64,000 nt of DNA from Candidatus Hydrogenedentota bacterium. GTDB taxonomy: Bacteria > Hydrogenedentota > Hydrogenedentia > Hydrogenedentales > SLHB01. This document shows, in pieces, positions 46,147 to 56,605 of the stretch (position 1 is its first letter; each line of letters begins with the position of its first letter). Position numbers and translations under genes: made by a program. The stretch spans positions 1 through 64,000 of the forward strand of contig BTVY01000039.1 of the NCBI GenBank assembly GCA_045863335.1. Reading direction: 5' to 3'. The notes under the pieces are model-generated. The model did not search any database. It was given only the letters and a program-made list of their open reading frames with translations, and was not told the origin of the DNA.

Positions 46147-47460
46147 ATGGCGAACCGGCGCAAGAACCTCAATATCGCGGAGACGACAGAGAAGATCATT
46201 GCCTTGGTCCTGGGCGGGGGACGCGGCACACGCTTGCACCCGCTCACGGCGGAACGGTCGAAACCGGCAGTTCCGCTCGGCGGCCGCTACCGCCTGGTGG
46301 ATATCCCCCTGAGCAACTGCATCCATTCTGGCATCAACCGCATGTTCGTGCTCACACAGTTCAACAGCGCCTCCCTGCACCGCCATATCAACAACACCTA
46401 CAAGTTCGACAACTTCTCCAAGGGCTTTGTCGAGATTCTCGCCGCCGAACAGCGCGCCGAGAGCGGCGACTGGTTTCAGGGAACGGCGGACGCGGTGCGC
46501 AAGCACCTGCGCGAGATCAATCATCTTCAAGCCAGCCAGTACCTGATCCTCTCCGGCGATCAGTTGTACCGCATGGACTACCGGACCATGCTGGCGACCC
46601 ACCTTCGCACAGACGCAGACATCACCGTGGCCGTGTTACCCGTAACGAGGGATCAGGCGAAAGGCTTCGGCATTCTGAACGTCAACCAAGAGGGGCAGAT
46701 CATCGAGTTTGTGGAGAAACCCAACACCGACGAGGCGCTCGATCGCTTGATGACCTCCGACAGTGTCTTCGCGGAATACGGCATCCAGGTTGAGGGGCGG
46801 CCGTACCTCGGATCCATGGGCGTTTACCTGTTCAAGCCGCAAATACTCGAATCTATCTTGAGTTCCCAGCCGGACTGGATTGATTTTGGAAAGGACGTGA
46901 TTCCGAAATCGCTGAACAATCTGCGCGTGCAATCGCACGTGTTCAACGGGTTCTGGGAAGACATCGGGACGGTGCGTTCCTTCTTCGAAACCAGCCTGGA
47001 GCTTACGAAGGCTAAACCCGATTTCGACTTTCACGCCGAAGGCAAACCGATCTACAGCCGGCCGCGCTATCTCCCCGGGTCGCGGATCCAGAAAGCGACC
47101 GTCGAGGAGTCTGTCGTTTGTGAAGGCACCAAGATCGACGGCGCAACGATTATTAAGTCCATCGTCGGGATTCGTACCATCGTACGTGCAGGCGTACGGA
47201 TTGAGCGAAGCGTCATCATGGGCGCCGACTTTTTTGAGGAAGAGCGCGACTATCAGGCCGCAATTCCCATGGGGATTGGCGAAGGCACCGAGATTGTCAA
47301 TGCCATCATTGACAAGAATACCCGCATCGGAAAGAACGTCGTCATTCGTGGCGCCGACGACTTGCCCGATACCGACGGAGACGGGTGGGCGGTGCGGGAT
47401 GGGATTGTGATCGTGTTGAAGAGCGCGATCGTGCCCGATGGAACCCACATCGGCGCCTGA
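46147..47460 (+). CDS. glgC: Glucose-1-phosphate adenylyltransferase
   Basis: GGGRGTRLHPLT, KPAVP, WFQGTADAV, SGDQLYRMDY, FVEKP. Confidence 0.96.
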   Translation: MANRRKNLNIAETTEKIIALVLGGGRGTRLHPLTAERSKPAVPLGGRYRLVDIPLSNCIHSGINRMFVLTQFNSASLHRHINNTYKFDNFSKGFVEILAAEQRAESGDWFQGTADAVRKHLREINHLQASQYLILSGDQLYRMDYRTMLATHLRTDADITVAVLPVTRDQAKGFGILNVNQEGQIIEFVEKPNTDEALDRLMTSDSVFAEYGIQVEGRPYLGSMGVYLFKPQILESILSSQPDWIDFGKDVIPKSLNNLRVQSHVFNGFWEDIGTVRSFFETSLELTKAKPDFDFHAEGKPIYSRPRYLPGSRIQKATVEESVVCEGTKIDGATIIKSIVGIRTIVRAGVRIERSVIMGADFFEEERDYQAAIPMGIGEGTEIVNAIIDKNTRIGKNVVIRGADDLPDTDGDGWAVRDGIVIVLKSAIVPDGTHIGA

Positions 47461-47463
47461 GGG

Positions 47464-48933
47464 ATGGCCAAGCCGATATCGAGGGAGTTCACGTGGTACG
47501 AGGGCCTTGCCTTTTGCGTTTCTGCCATCGGGGTTCAACTCAGCAGCGAATTCGTCAGCCAGTTCGGCCACTACTTCTATTCGCCCACCGTCGGCGGCGG
47601 GCGCATGGTTTACATCACCATCGGCTTCATCCTGCCGATGTTTGTCATCGGCCGCTTCTTCGACGCGATTACCGATCCCCTGGCTGGACTGTGGTCGGAT
47701 GAAACGCCGGGAAAGCCCGGACGGTGGCGGCTGATCCCTATTCACGGGCGGCGGCGACCGTTCATCTTCTGGGGTTCCATCCTGATGACGTTCACCGGGA
47801 TCGCGTACTGGTACCCTCCCATCCCCACCACCTCCACGCTCAACTTCGTATACGGCAGTGTCCTGCTATGTCTTCATTTTCTGTTCTTCACGATATGCGT
47901 CGTGCCCCTCGTGGCCATGGCGCCGGAAGTGGCGCGCTCCAAACAGGCCCGCATCAAGCTGGGGGTATGGATCGCGGTAGGCATGATCCTTGGGCTCGCG
48001 TTGGCCGCAGGCGTCTCTGGCACGCTAATCGATACTTTCGATCCGGCCCGGCGGATTCCCGTGGAGGAAGGCCAGCCCCCGTCATTCTCATCGCTCGGGT
48101 ATCAGCGCACGGCGATCGTGTTTTCCCTGGTTTCGCTACTGACGTTTCAGTTCGTGGTATGGGTGGTTCGCGAGCGCGAGCGCGAGCCGGAACGGCTGCC
48201 GGAAACGTCCCGAACGATTCGGCACGCGTATCGCGACATGGCCGAGGTCATGCGAAACCGCGTCTTCCTCCGGTACATCGCGGCCATCTTCTTGTTCAGC
48301 ATCGGGTTTCTCGCCACCCAACGCGTCCTTCCCAACTGGGCCGAGGTCGGTCTTGGCGGCGATGAAAGCACGGTGACCCTGTTGATGCTGCCGTTCATTG
48401 GATCGGCATTGGTCATGGCCTTCGCCGGCATGCCCATCCTCGGGCGTTTTCTTCCGGTGAAGTGGCTGCTGGCATTGTCATTCATCATCATCGGCACCGG
48501 TCTACCCTTGATGTACCCTGTCGCCGCACTGCCCATGGAGACGGGAACCCGTTTTCTGCTTGGCGCCATGCTTTTCGGCTATTGCGGATTGGGACAGGGC
48601 ATGCAGTACGTGTTGCTCACGCCCATGCTTGGCGAGATCATCGATCTGGACGAGCAACAGTCCGGAAGACGGCGGGAAGGCAGTTACAACGGCGTGAACA
48701 CAATGGCCATCAAGGCTGGGCAGGCGCTGTCCATTGCCGTGTCCAACGTGTGCATGAGCACTTTCGGCAATTCCGTCGAGAATCCCACCGGCATATTGCT
48801 CGTGGGGCCCATGGCGGGGATCTTCGCGGTTCTGGGCCTTGCGGTCGTGTGGGGTTACCCGGTTCTGCACGTGACCCGCGAGACCACCGAGGAATTGGTC
48901 AGCGAAGAACCTGATATACCAATCGGACGCTGA
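47464..48933 (+). CDS. MFS transporter, GPH/MelB-like family
   Basis: DAITDPLAG.WSD, GRRRPFI, IIDLDEQQSGRRREG. Confidence 0.88.
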   Translation: MAKPISREFTWYEGLAFCVSAIGVQLSSEFVSQFGHYFYSPTVGGGRMVYITIGFILPMFVIGRFFDAITDPLAGLWSDETPGKPGRWRLIPIHGRRRPFIFWGSILMTFTGIAYWYPPIPTTSTLNFVYGSVLLCLHFLFFTICVVPLVAMAPEVARSKQARIKLGVWIAVGMILGLALAAGVSGTLIDTFDPARRIPVEEGQPPSFSSLGYQRTAIVFSLVSLLTFQFVVWVVREREREPERLPETSRTIRHAYRDMAEVMRNRVFLRYIAAIFLFSIGFLATQRVLPNWAEVGLGGDESTVTLLMLPFIGSALVMAFAGMPILGRFLPVKWLLALSFIIIGTGLPLMYPVAALPMETGTRFLLGAMLFGYCGLGQGMQYVLLTPMLGEIIDLDEQQSGRRREGSYNGVNTMAIKAGQALSIAVSNVCMSTFGNSVENPTGILLVGPMAGIFAVLGLAVVWGYPVLHVTRETTEELVSEEPDIPIGR

Positions 48934-49693
48934 TTGCGAGCAGCAGAATTCCCATGATCAGTTTGCGGCGCTGCAAGGTGAGGTGCCGTTCCAGCCGCTG
49001 CCCCCAAGGCGCTCCCAATTGGGATCCGATGAATACGAGCGGCGCAAGAGCAAAGCTGATGTGGCCTAAGGTCCATGGAAAGTCTACCGTCTTTTCCGCG
49101 GTGACGTGCGCAACACTTCCCGCAATGGCCGTGGCAACCATTACCGAATTGGACAGCGCCACTACGCGTTCGTTGGTGATAATGCCCGCCATGAGCGACA
49201 ACGGCACCATTAGCAATCCACCGCCGGTGCCCGTGCCGCCACCCACCGCGCCCGCGCCCGCGCCAATCAACGCGGCCACGCCGTTTCGGCGCCTGATGTT
49301 CTCGGGCCTCACCGGCGCAGGTTGAATAAGGAAGGTCCGCAGCGCCGCAATCAAGAGAAACGCGATGTAGATCCAGATGACCGTCTCGTCAGAAAGTTGC
49401 GCGGTAATCCAGGCGCCGAGATAGCCGCCGACAATGGAACCGGCCGCCATGGCCGCCGCCACGTCCCAATGGCGATCGCGGTGGCCTCGGTTGAGCCGCC
49501 ACGTGTTCAGCGCGGCCACGAAAATGATGATAAAGAGACTCGTGCCTTTGGCGGTGTGTGCGTCGATTCCCGGCACAAACGTGATAAACGCAGGTACCAT
49601 CAGGATCCCGCCGCCTAGCCCGAGAGCCGCGCTGATAACGCCTACCCCCGCGCCGAGCGCGAGCATGCCAAAGATAAACAGTGCGATCGTCAT
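48899..49693 (-). CDS. TauE/SafE (TSUP) family membrane protein
   Basis: GLGGGILMVP and GTGGGLLMVP repeats; AKGTSL. Confidence 0.88.
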   Translation of the reverse strand: MTIALFIFGMLALGAGVGVISAALGLGGGILMVPAFITFVPGIDAHTAKGTSLFIIIFVAALNTWRLNRGHRDRHWDVAAAMAAGSIVGGYLGAWITAQLSDETVIWIYIAFLLIAALRTFLIQPAPVRPENIRRRNGVAALIGAGAGAVGGGTGTGGGLLMVPLSLMAGIITNERVVALSNSVMVATAIAGSVAHVTAEKTVDFPWTLGHISFALAPLVFIGSQLGAPWGQRLERHLTLQRRKLIMGILLLAISVRLVYQVLR

Positions 49694-49996
49694 CTATTCT
49701 CTGGTGCGGTAAATGTCGGGGCCGAGCCAAACCCCGGTACCCGAGTTCTTTCTCATTCACCGTGTGTAGCGGGTGGTCCAAAATCCCCTTTGAAGGGGGA
49801 TTTAGGGGATGTTCCCCGAGTGCCCGGAATGAAAACGTAACGAGTTTCGAGTTCGCTACAGTCGACCCGAATCGTTCTTACCGATTGACCGGGGTTGCGG
49901 GCAGCCGATAATCACTCACAAGAGTACATACTTGGTGATGGAAATAACAACGCGCCGCAAGCTTGCCGCGCGCCCCGCGTCATTATTACAATCCGC

Positions 49997-51106
49997 ATGC
50001 ATATGAATGAACCGTACGCATGGATCCGGGTCGGTTGGCGGTTGCTCCGCTATCTCGGCTATCGAATGGGGTTGGGGGAATGCCCGACGCTGATGGACGT
50101 CTATCCAGAAGCCGTCGTCGTGTTCGACCGCGTCATGGGATGGCCGCGCACGCTATTTGTGAAAGGCGGCGAGCATTGTCCGCCCGCGGGGCCCGTCGTG
50201 TACGCGGGCAACCACGCCAAGAAGGACGATCCCTTCATCATGTACCGCGCGGTGCACCGCGTCACCGGTTGGTCCTGCGAAATCCGCTACATGATGCGCG
50301 ACGACTTCTTCAAGGGCCTGCCCAACCTGCGCATCGTCGACATTGATGAACTGGTGCGAATGCTTGGCGCCCAGCAAATCAGCCGCGACAACGTGCAGCT
50401 CTCCCAGCTCAAGCCGTTCGTGAAACTCCTGCGCGAGAATAACGGCTTCATCATGTACCCGGGACGATCCCGATCGCGATCCGGACTGTTCATGGAGTAT
50501 CGCGATGGCATTGACGAACCGGGCGGCGTGACCTTCTTTCTCGCGCAGGCGCAACGGGGCCATCCGGAACTGCGCGTGCCGGCGGTACCCATGGCGCGGA
50601 CGCACAATCCCGTCACGAAACGGTCCGTCATTATTTTTGGCCCGCCTGTGTACCTGCCGCACGATGCTGACCGGACTATGCAGCGGGATCTGGATTTTCA
50701 GCTGGTCGAGCGCATGGGCGATCTGGTGGAAATCAATGTGGCCATGGCCGCAGCAGCCGTGCTCTACTTGCAGTGCCTTCATCATCGGCCGCTTCCCATC
50801 GATCAGGGAAAGTTGGTTGCCGCGGTTCGTTCGGCCTTGGCACAGTGTTCCGCAAACCGGTATATCGACGAAACAGCGCTGGCCGATCTGCCGCGAGAAG
50901 TAAAGGTCACCCTCGAGTACTTCCAAAAGCGCGGGATGCTGGAGTTGCGCGGAACCGTCGTTTGGCCGAATCGCGAGTCCATCCTGTTCGCACCCGACCT
51001 GGACAAATCCTACGTTCGCAAGAACCCCGTGAAGCATCTCGTCAACCAGATTCTGCACCTCCCGGATGTCGTGTCGGCATGTGAAGACGCCGCGCAATCA
51101 CTCTGA
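49997..51106 (+). CDS. PlsC/LPLAT acyltransferase family protein
   Basis: NHAKKDD (HX4D), YPGRSRSRSG. Confidence 0.75.
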   Translation: MHMNEPYAWIRVGWRLLRYLGYRMGLGECPTLMDVYPEAVVVFDRVMGWPRTLFVKGGEHCPPAGPVVYAGNHAKKDDPFIMYRAVHRVTGWSCEIRYMMRDDFFKGLPNLRIVDIDELVRMLGAQQISRDNVQLSQLKPFVKLLRENNGFIMYPGRSRSRSGLFMEYRDGIDEPGGVTFFLAQAQRGHPELRVPAVPMARTHNPVTKRSVIIFGPPVYLPHDADRTMQRDLDFQLVERMGDLVEINVAMAAAAVLYLQCLHHRPLPIDQGKLVAAVRSALAQCSANRYIDETALADLPREVKVTLEYFQKRGMLELRGTVVWPNRESILFAPDLDKSYVRKNPVKHLVNQILHLPDVVSACEDAAQSL

Positions 51107-51129
51107 ACTCGCGAAGGCACTTTTCGCCG

Positions 51130-51999
51130 TCACCGCCTGGCGATGTCGCGCAGCCGAGGGTAGGCGTCCATGAGGCACTCCGGGATGGGCTGAGGTCGGT
51201 CCTCAAGCGCATGCTTGAGTTCGAACGCGTTGACCACCGCCTGCCCCTCGAAGTGGTTGTTCGTAATCACGTAGATGCTCTTCGCCCGTTGCCGCATGCG
51301 CCGCACCATGGTCAGCCAGTCCGCAAGTTCGTCGCGGCTGTAGAGATAGTTGTAGCGGTCGTCGCGTCCCGCGTCCTTGCGAAACCAGTCTTTCGCGTTG
51401 CGCCCGTGCAGGCGCACGTACCCCACCCGCGCGGTGACCTTGTCGGACGGTTTGATGGAATCGGAAAAGACCGGCTGATCGATATTGCAGAACGCGATTT
51501 CTCGTGACGCCAAACCTTCGTAAACCTCCGGCACATTCCAGGACTCGTGGCGGATCTCGAGCGCCAGTGGATAGCAGGCGAATGTATCCAGCACCTGCGC
51601 CAGCCATTTGCGGCTCTCGCGCGTTCGCCGGAAACTCCACGGAAACTGAATGAGAATGGCGCCAAGCTTGCCTGCCCCGGCCACCGGCGCGATCCCTTCC
51701 TGATACTGACGCACTTCCGCATCGGTTGCAAAGGTGTCGCGCTGGTGCGTGAATCGTTTCCAAAGCTTGAACGTGAACATGAAGTTTGCGTTCTCAGCGA
51801 CCTTACGCACCCACGACTCTGTGTGCTTCGGGTTCGGTGGATGGTAGAACGAGGAATTCACTTCCACTGTGTCCATGAACTGCGCGAGATACGTCAAGGG
51901 ATGGAGCGAGCGAGACATACCCTTTGGATAGACGACGCCCTTCCAGTCCTCGTAGGACCAGCCAGCCGTGCCCACCCGTATTTTCGCGTGAGGATCCAC
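51130..51999 (-). CDS. DUF72 domain protein
   Basis: GTAGWSYEDW, VEVNSSFY, YVRLHGRN, YNYLY, NNH. Confidence 0.92.
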   Translation of the reverse strand: MDPHAKIRVGTAGWSYEDWKGVVYPKGMSRSLHPLTYLAQFMDTVEVNSSFYHPPNPKHTESWVRKVAENANFMFTFKLWKRFTHQRDTFATDAEVRQYQEGIAPVAGAGKLGAILIQFPWSFRRTRESRKWLAQVLDTFACYPLALEIRHESWNVPEVYEGLASREIAFCNIDQPVFSDSIKPSDKVTARVGYVRLHGRNAKDWFRKDAGRDDRYNYLYSRDELADWLTMVRRMRQRAKSIYVITNNHFEGQAVVNAFELKHALEDRPQPIPECLMDAYPRLRDIARR

Positions 52000-52013
52000 A
52001 GAGGATTCGTCGT

Positions 52014-52409
52014 TCAGTTCTGCTCTTTCAGGAGATCGCGGATTTCGGTCAGTAACACGGCCTCGGGCGAGGGTTCCGATGGAGCGGCCTCTTCCTTGCG
52101 TTTGAGCGAGTTGATGAACTTGACCATGCCAAAAATGGCCAATGCGATAATCGCGAAGTCAACGATTGTCTGGATGAATTTGCCGTAACCGACGACTACG
52201 GCAGGCGTGTCGGCCGTAGCCTCCTTGACCGTGATCACCAGATTGGTGAAATCCACGCCCCCGAGCAAGACACCGATGGGCGGCATGACCAGATCGCCGA
52301 CAAAGGAAGTCACGATCTTGCCAAAGGCCGCGCCCATGATGATGCCCACCGCCATGTCGACGACGTTACCTCGTACCGCGAATTCTTTGAACTCCTTTAC
52401 GATGCGCAT
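52014..52409 (-). CDS. mscL: Large-conductance mechanosensitive channel
   Basis: [26 protein letters not shown]. Confidence 0.97.
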   Translation of the reverse strand: MRIVKEFKEFAVRGNVVDMAVGIIMGAAFGKIVTSFVGDLVMPPIGVLLGGVDFTNLVITVKEATADTPAVVVGYGKFIQTIVDFAIIALAIFGMVKFINSLKRKEEAAPSEPSPEAVLLTEIRDLLKEQN

Positions 52410-52514
52410 GAATGATCCCTCCGGGATTTCGCCATTGATTGCCGAATACGCGTGATGCCGAGTTTAAATTGCCCTGGTTCCTCCGCTTCGTGATTATTCC
52501 AGCAGCGGTGTTGT

Positions 52515-55352
52515 TCAGACGGTATTTCCACTCACCAACGCATTCGCCAGAAGTTCTGCCATATGCAGCGCCTTCACTGGCGTCAGGTGATCGATCTGGT
52601 GGCGGCAACTTGTGCCGGATGCGACGACCTCCGTGCCCGCCTGGAGCGTGTTGATTTGCTCGACCAGCGGTTCCGCGATCTTCTTGGAGAGATCGTACTT
52701 TGCTGACAACTGCCCGAAGGCCCCCGCCATCCCGCAACACCCCGTGTTCAAGGTTTGTACGGTGCTGTTGGGCAAGTGCGCCGCGAGCTTTTCCGCCACG
52801 CTCGTGTCGCTCAAGGCTTTTGCGTGGCAGTGTCCATGGATGGCGACCCAGGAATACCCCGGTTGGAACGCAAGCGCGTCGGGCTCCTTCTCCAACAGGC
52901 CGCACACGAATTGCTCGAACAACACGCAGCGCTTCCCGACCTCCTGCGCGCCGTCGATCAGCAATTCCGCGTAGTCCTCCTGGAACATGGACCAGCACGA
53001 GGGTTCGAGGAAGATAATCGGCGCGTCGCCGTTTCGTAACAACCGGATATTGTGCTCGCCGAATCGCTTCGCCATATCAAGCCGGCCCACGCTGAAGGCC
53101 GGACGGCCACAGCACTGACGCCCCTCCGGCAGCACGACCTCGAACCCCGCCGCTTCGAGCACCTTCACCGCCGCGCGCCCGATGTTCGGTTCGTTGTAGC
53201 GCACAAAGGTGTCGTCCCACAGGATGACCTTGCCGCGCGTGGCGCTTCCGTTGCGCGGCCGCTTCGCGAACCAGCGATCGAACCGCTCCCGTGTATACGA
53301 AGGCAGCGGCCGCTCGGGCGTGATCCCCAACACGCGATCCATGAGTTTCCGCACGAGCGGGTTCTTAAGCATCGCGTTGGTGATGCGCGGCATTGCGCAG
53401 CCGAGTTGGCCGAGCAGGTTGACCGAACTGATGACACGGTCGCGCAGCGATATGCCGTCCCTGCGTTGACGCGCGTGGACGAGTTCCGCTTTCAGCAAGG
53501 TCATGTTCACGTTGGACGGGCATTCCGTCGTGCAGGCCTTGCAGGAAATGCAATTGCTCAACGCGGCGTCCAGTTCCGCCGATGCGAGCGGATCCACGTC
53601 GATGCGATGTTCCAGCACCGCGCGAATGGTGTTGGCCCGGCCCCGGGTCGACATGATCTCTTCGCCCGTCGCGATGTAGGTGGGGCACATGGTCGGCAAT
53701 GCCTTGCGGCACACGCCGCTGCCGTTGCACTGTTCGAGGTTGCCGATGAACGATTCGTCCTTTGCCACAAAGCCGAGCACCGGTTCGAAGGGCATGGGCG
53801 TCTCGTGATTCGGCCCCATGCGCAGGTTCGTGTCGATGCGGAAATCGTAACCTTCCAGCGGAATGATCTTGCCGGGGTTCATCCGGTTCTTCGGATCGAA
53901 GATTGCCTTGATCGCCCGCATCGCCGCCAACGCGTCCGGGCCAAGGTGCTTCGGCATGTCTTCCGTGTGCGCGATGCCGACGCCATGTTCGGCGGAGATG
54001 GAGCCTTTCACTTCCAGCACGAGCGCGGAGACTTCCTCCGCGACTTGCCGGTACCGGACGACGTCTTCGGGCTTGTGCAGGTCCAGCACGGGCCGCACGT
54101 GCAGCAGGCCCGAAGCTGCGTGACCGTAGAACGACCCCTGCAATCCCATGCGGTCGAAGAGCGCCAGCAGTCCGTCGACGTATTCCGCCAGTTTGCGCGG
54201 CGGCACGGCGGCGTCCTCGATGCCCGGCACGGGTTTCGCCGCGCCTTTGCACCCGGTCAGGAGTGAGAGGCCCGACTTGCGCAACGCCCAGACCATTTCC
54301 ATTTCGCGGGGATCGGTGATGATCTGTTTTCGAATGCCTATGTCGAGCCTGGAAACCGCGGCGAGTTTGTCGTCGATTTCGTCGAAGAACTCCACGATGA
54401 GAATGCATTTGCACGGCTTGTCGTCGAGTTGCAACAAGCCGCGCGTTGCCGCGAAGGCGATCTGTCCGCGCGTCTGGTCGTAGAGCACGTCGTCGATCTC
54501 CTCGATGGCCGCCGGTTCGTAGTCCAGCAGATCGATGGTCGCGTGCGCGGCCTCCGTGATGGAGTTGAAGAAGATGAGGCACAACCCTTTGCGCGCGGGC
54601 AACGGCGTCAAGCGCAATTCCGCCGACGCGATCGCGGCCAGGGTGCCTTCGCTCCCCGCCATGACATGGGTGAGATACGGGCCCTCGCGCAAATAGCGGT
54701 CCAGCCCGTAGCCGGGCCACCGCTTCACGAGCACGTGGGGAAACCGCTCGCGGATCACGTCGGCGTGCTGTTGAATCACTGCGTCCACCGAAGCGCGCAG
54801 GTCGGCCAGGGTGTCGTACCCGGGGCCGATGGTCTCGATGCGGCCGTCGGCCATCACCAGTTCCAGCGCCTGCACGTGGGCCGCCGTCGTGCCGTAGATG
54901 GGTGCGTGCGCGCCGGAGGAGTTGTTGGCAATCATGCCGCCGAGCGTGGCGCGCGAACTCGTCGCCACGTCCGGGCCGAACCAGAGCCCGTGGGGTTTCA
55001 GAAACGTGTTGAGCTGGTCCAGCACCACCCCCGCTCCCACGCGAACCGTGCGGCGCTCCCTGTCGAAATCTTCGATGGCCCGGTTGTAGCGCGAGAAATC
55101 GACGATCATGCCGCGACCCACCGCGCCGCCCGCCAAGCCCGTGCCCGCCCCCCGCGGAATGACGGCGAGACCGGCATCGTCCGCCGCGCGCATGGCCTCT
55201 GCCGCCTCCTCCGCCGACCGCGGAAACGCCACCGCATCCGGCGGGATCTGGTAGAGCGAAGCGTCGGTCGCGTAAAGCTGGCGGGTCAAGTCATCTGTGC
55301 GAATTTCGCAACGGGTGTTCCTGGCAATTGTGGAGAGGGATACTGCGCCCAT
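52515..55352 (-). CDS. FAD-binding / Fe-S oxidoreductase (YdiJ/GlcDF-like)
   Basis: YATDAS, RGAGT, GSEGTL, EHGVG, CISCKACTTECP, CCG domains. Confidence 0.9.
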   Translation of the reverse strand: MGAVSLSTIARNTRCEIRTDDLTRQLYATDASLYQIPPDAVAFPRSAEEAAEAMRAADDAGLAVIPRGAGTGLAGGAVGRGMIVDFSRYNRAIEDFDRERRTVRVGAGVVLDQLNTFLKPHGLWFGPDVATSSRATLGGMIANNSSGAHAPIYGTTAAHVQALELVMADGRIETIGPGYDTLADLRASVDAVIQQHADVIRERFPHVLVKRWPGYGLDRYLREGPYLTHVMAGSEGTLAAIASAELRLTPLPARKGLCLIFFNSITEAAHATIDLLDYEPAAIEEIDDVLYDQTRGQIAFAATRGLLQLDDKPCKCILIVEFFDEIDDKLAAVSRLDIGIRKQIITDPREMEMVWALRKSGLSLLTGCKGAAKPVPGIEDAAVPPRKLAEYVDGLLALFDRMGLQGSFYGHAASGLLHVRPVLDLHKPEDVVRYRQVAEEVSALVLEVKGSISAEHGVGIAHTEDMPKHLGPDALAAMRAIKAIFDPKNRMNPGKIIPLEGYDFRIDTNLRMGPNHETPMPFEPVLGFVAKDESFIGNLEQCNGSGVCRKALPTMCPTYIATGEEIMSTRGRANTIRAVLEHRIDVDPLASAELDAALSNCISCKACTTECPSNVNMTLLKAELVHARQRRDGISLRDRVISSVNLLGQLGCAMPRITNAMLKNPLVRKLMDRVLGITPERPLPSYTRERFDRWFAKRPRNGSATRGKVILWDDTFVRYNEPNIGRAAVKVLEAAGFEVVLPEGRQCCGRPAFSVGRLDMAKRFGEHNIRLLRNGDAPIIFLEPSCWSMFQEDYAELLIDGAQEVGKRCVLFEQFVCGLLEKEPDALAFQPGYSWVAIHGHCHAKALSDTSVAEKLAAHLPNSTVQTLNTGCCGMAGAFGQLSAKYDLSKKIAEPLVEQINTLQAGTEVVASGTSCRHQIDHLTPVKALHMAELLANALVSGNTV

Positions 55353-55455
55353 AGCGGCTCCTGTTCATGGGGATGCTGCGTTCAATTCATCCTTCCAGAA
55401 ATCCCCACAGCAAGACAAGCCGCATGGATTCGACAGCACGGCGACTCAGAAGAAA

Positions 55456-55535
55456 AATCGGGACAGTCACCTTTTCGTTTCTGAGTCGTTGAAAAAACAC
55501 CGCGCCGGAGAAACGAAAAGGTGACTGTCCCGATT
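55456..55535. repeat. 27-bp perfect inverted repeat (MITE/REP-like)
   Basis: AATCGGGACAGTCACCTTTTCGTTTCT / AGAAACGAAAAGGTGACTGTCCCGATT. Confidence 0.85.
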
Positions 55536-55587
55536 CTTCTCCCCCGGCGTCGAGACTACCCGCCTTCAAGGGTGCATGACGCCTCAA

Positions 55588-55642
55588 TTGTGGTGAAGGC
55601 TTCCAGCCTGCCCACTTCGCAGGCTGGAAGCCTGCACCACAA
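55588..55642. repeat. REP family A copy
   Basis: Matches the arms at 58-113 with one mismatch. Confidence 0.85.
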
Positions 55643-55669
55643 CTGGCCGGTCGTAGTCTTTGCCTGTGT

Positions 55670-56224
55670 CTACTCCGTCGCCTCGCTCGCTGCTGGCTCA
55701 TGGTCATGGCAGCGCCCGTGTCCATGTCCGTGGCCATGCCCGCCACCTTGCCCACAGCATTCGCCGTGGTGATGGCGCTCGTGGCCGTGGTTACCGGTGC
55801 AGGCATGCCCGCGCTCTTCCGGATCGCGGTGGAGGTGTTCGCTGTCGCAGGCCGGACAGGTTTCCGGACGCGGCGTGCCGCAGGGCACGGCAAAGCGGTG
55901 GTTGCATTCAGAACAAATGAAATGACGATCGCGTTTCATGGCGACACTTCCCCCTTCGACTCGCACCGCCAACCCCTGGACCAGGGCCTGCGCTATTTTG
56001 CGCCGCGCCCCCGCGATGAGCCGGCCAAAGGTCGCCCGCGACACATTGATCTGTTTCGCGGCTTCCCCGTGGTGCAGCCCTTCCAGATCCCCCAAGCGAA
56101 GGGCTTCCAACTCATCCAGACGCAACACCACCTCATCGAGGTTCCCCAAGGGAACCCCTGCGGGTTTGAAGACCCGGGCGGGTGGATTTGCGCCGATCCA
56201 ACGGCATTTGTGCGGTCGAGCCAT
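55670..56224 (-). CDS. DUF134 DNA-binding protein with C-terminal Cys4 ribbon and His-rich tail
   Basis: MARPHKCR, FKPAG, ELEALRLGDLEGL, ARRKIAQAL; CSEC..CPAC; HGHGHG. Confidence 0.88.
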   Translation of the reverse strand: MARPHKCRWIGANPPARVFKPAGVPLGNLDEVVLRLDELEALRLGDLEGLHHGEAAKQINVSRATFGRLIAGARRKIAQALVQGLAVRVEGGSVAMKRDRHFICSECNHRFAVPCGTPRPETCPACDSEHLHRDPEERGHACTGNHGHERHHHGECCGQGGGHGHGHGHGRCHDHEPAASEATE

Positions 56225-56241
56225 GTTGATTAGACTTTCTA

Positions 56242-56275
56242 TTATGAGTATATGCTCATAACTTGAAAATGTCAA
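56242..56275 (-). promoter_or_regulatory. Sigma70 promoter with overlapping palindromic operator
   Basis: TTGACA-N17-TATACT on the minus strand; TTATGAG-TATATG-CTCATAA palindrome at 56242-56261. Confidence 0.75.
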
Positions 56276-56303
56276 TCCCCGAGGTGGCAGGCCGTGTCCT
56301 AAA

Positions 56304-56467
56304 ATCGCTATCGCTATCGGGATCGGGATCGAAGTCGATGCAGCAACGACCATGCGGTTCAGACCGAGAAGCAGCGAATGAAAATGTCTTATTCATTCTG
56401 GCTGCAAAATGGGCGTTCTTTACGATACCGATCCCGATAGCGATACCGATAGCGATACCGATACCGA
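56304..56467. repeat. Two hexamer tandem arrays in inverted orientation (ATCGCT/ATCGGG versus CGATAC/CGATAG)
   Basis: Arrays at 56304-56331 and 56423-56467. Confidence 0.75.
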
Positions 56468-56549
56468 GGAACGCCTGTTATGCCGCAAGCATGGTTAACA
56501 CATAACGGCGTTCGAGAGCCTGCTCTTGGGGTTCTTGCTTCCCCAGCCT

Positions 56550-56605
56550 CATGGGCTGGAAGCCCATGGCACCTCGAATCACGGGCTGGAAGCCCGTGGC
56601 ACCTC
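56550..56605. repeat. Tandem pair of REP-like hairpins CAYGGGCTGGAAGCCCRTGGCACCTC
   Basis: Two 26-bp direct copies. Confidence 0.75.
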
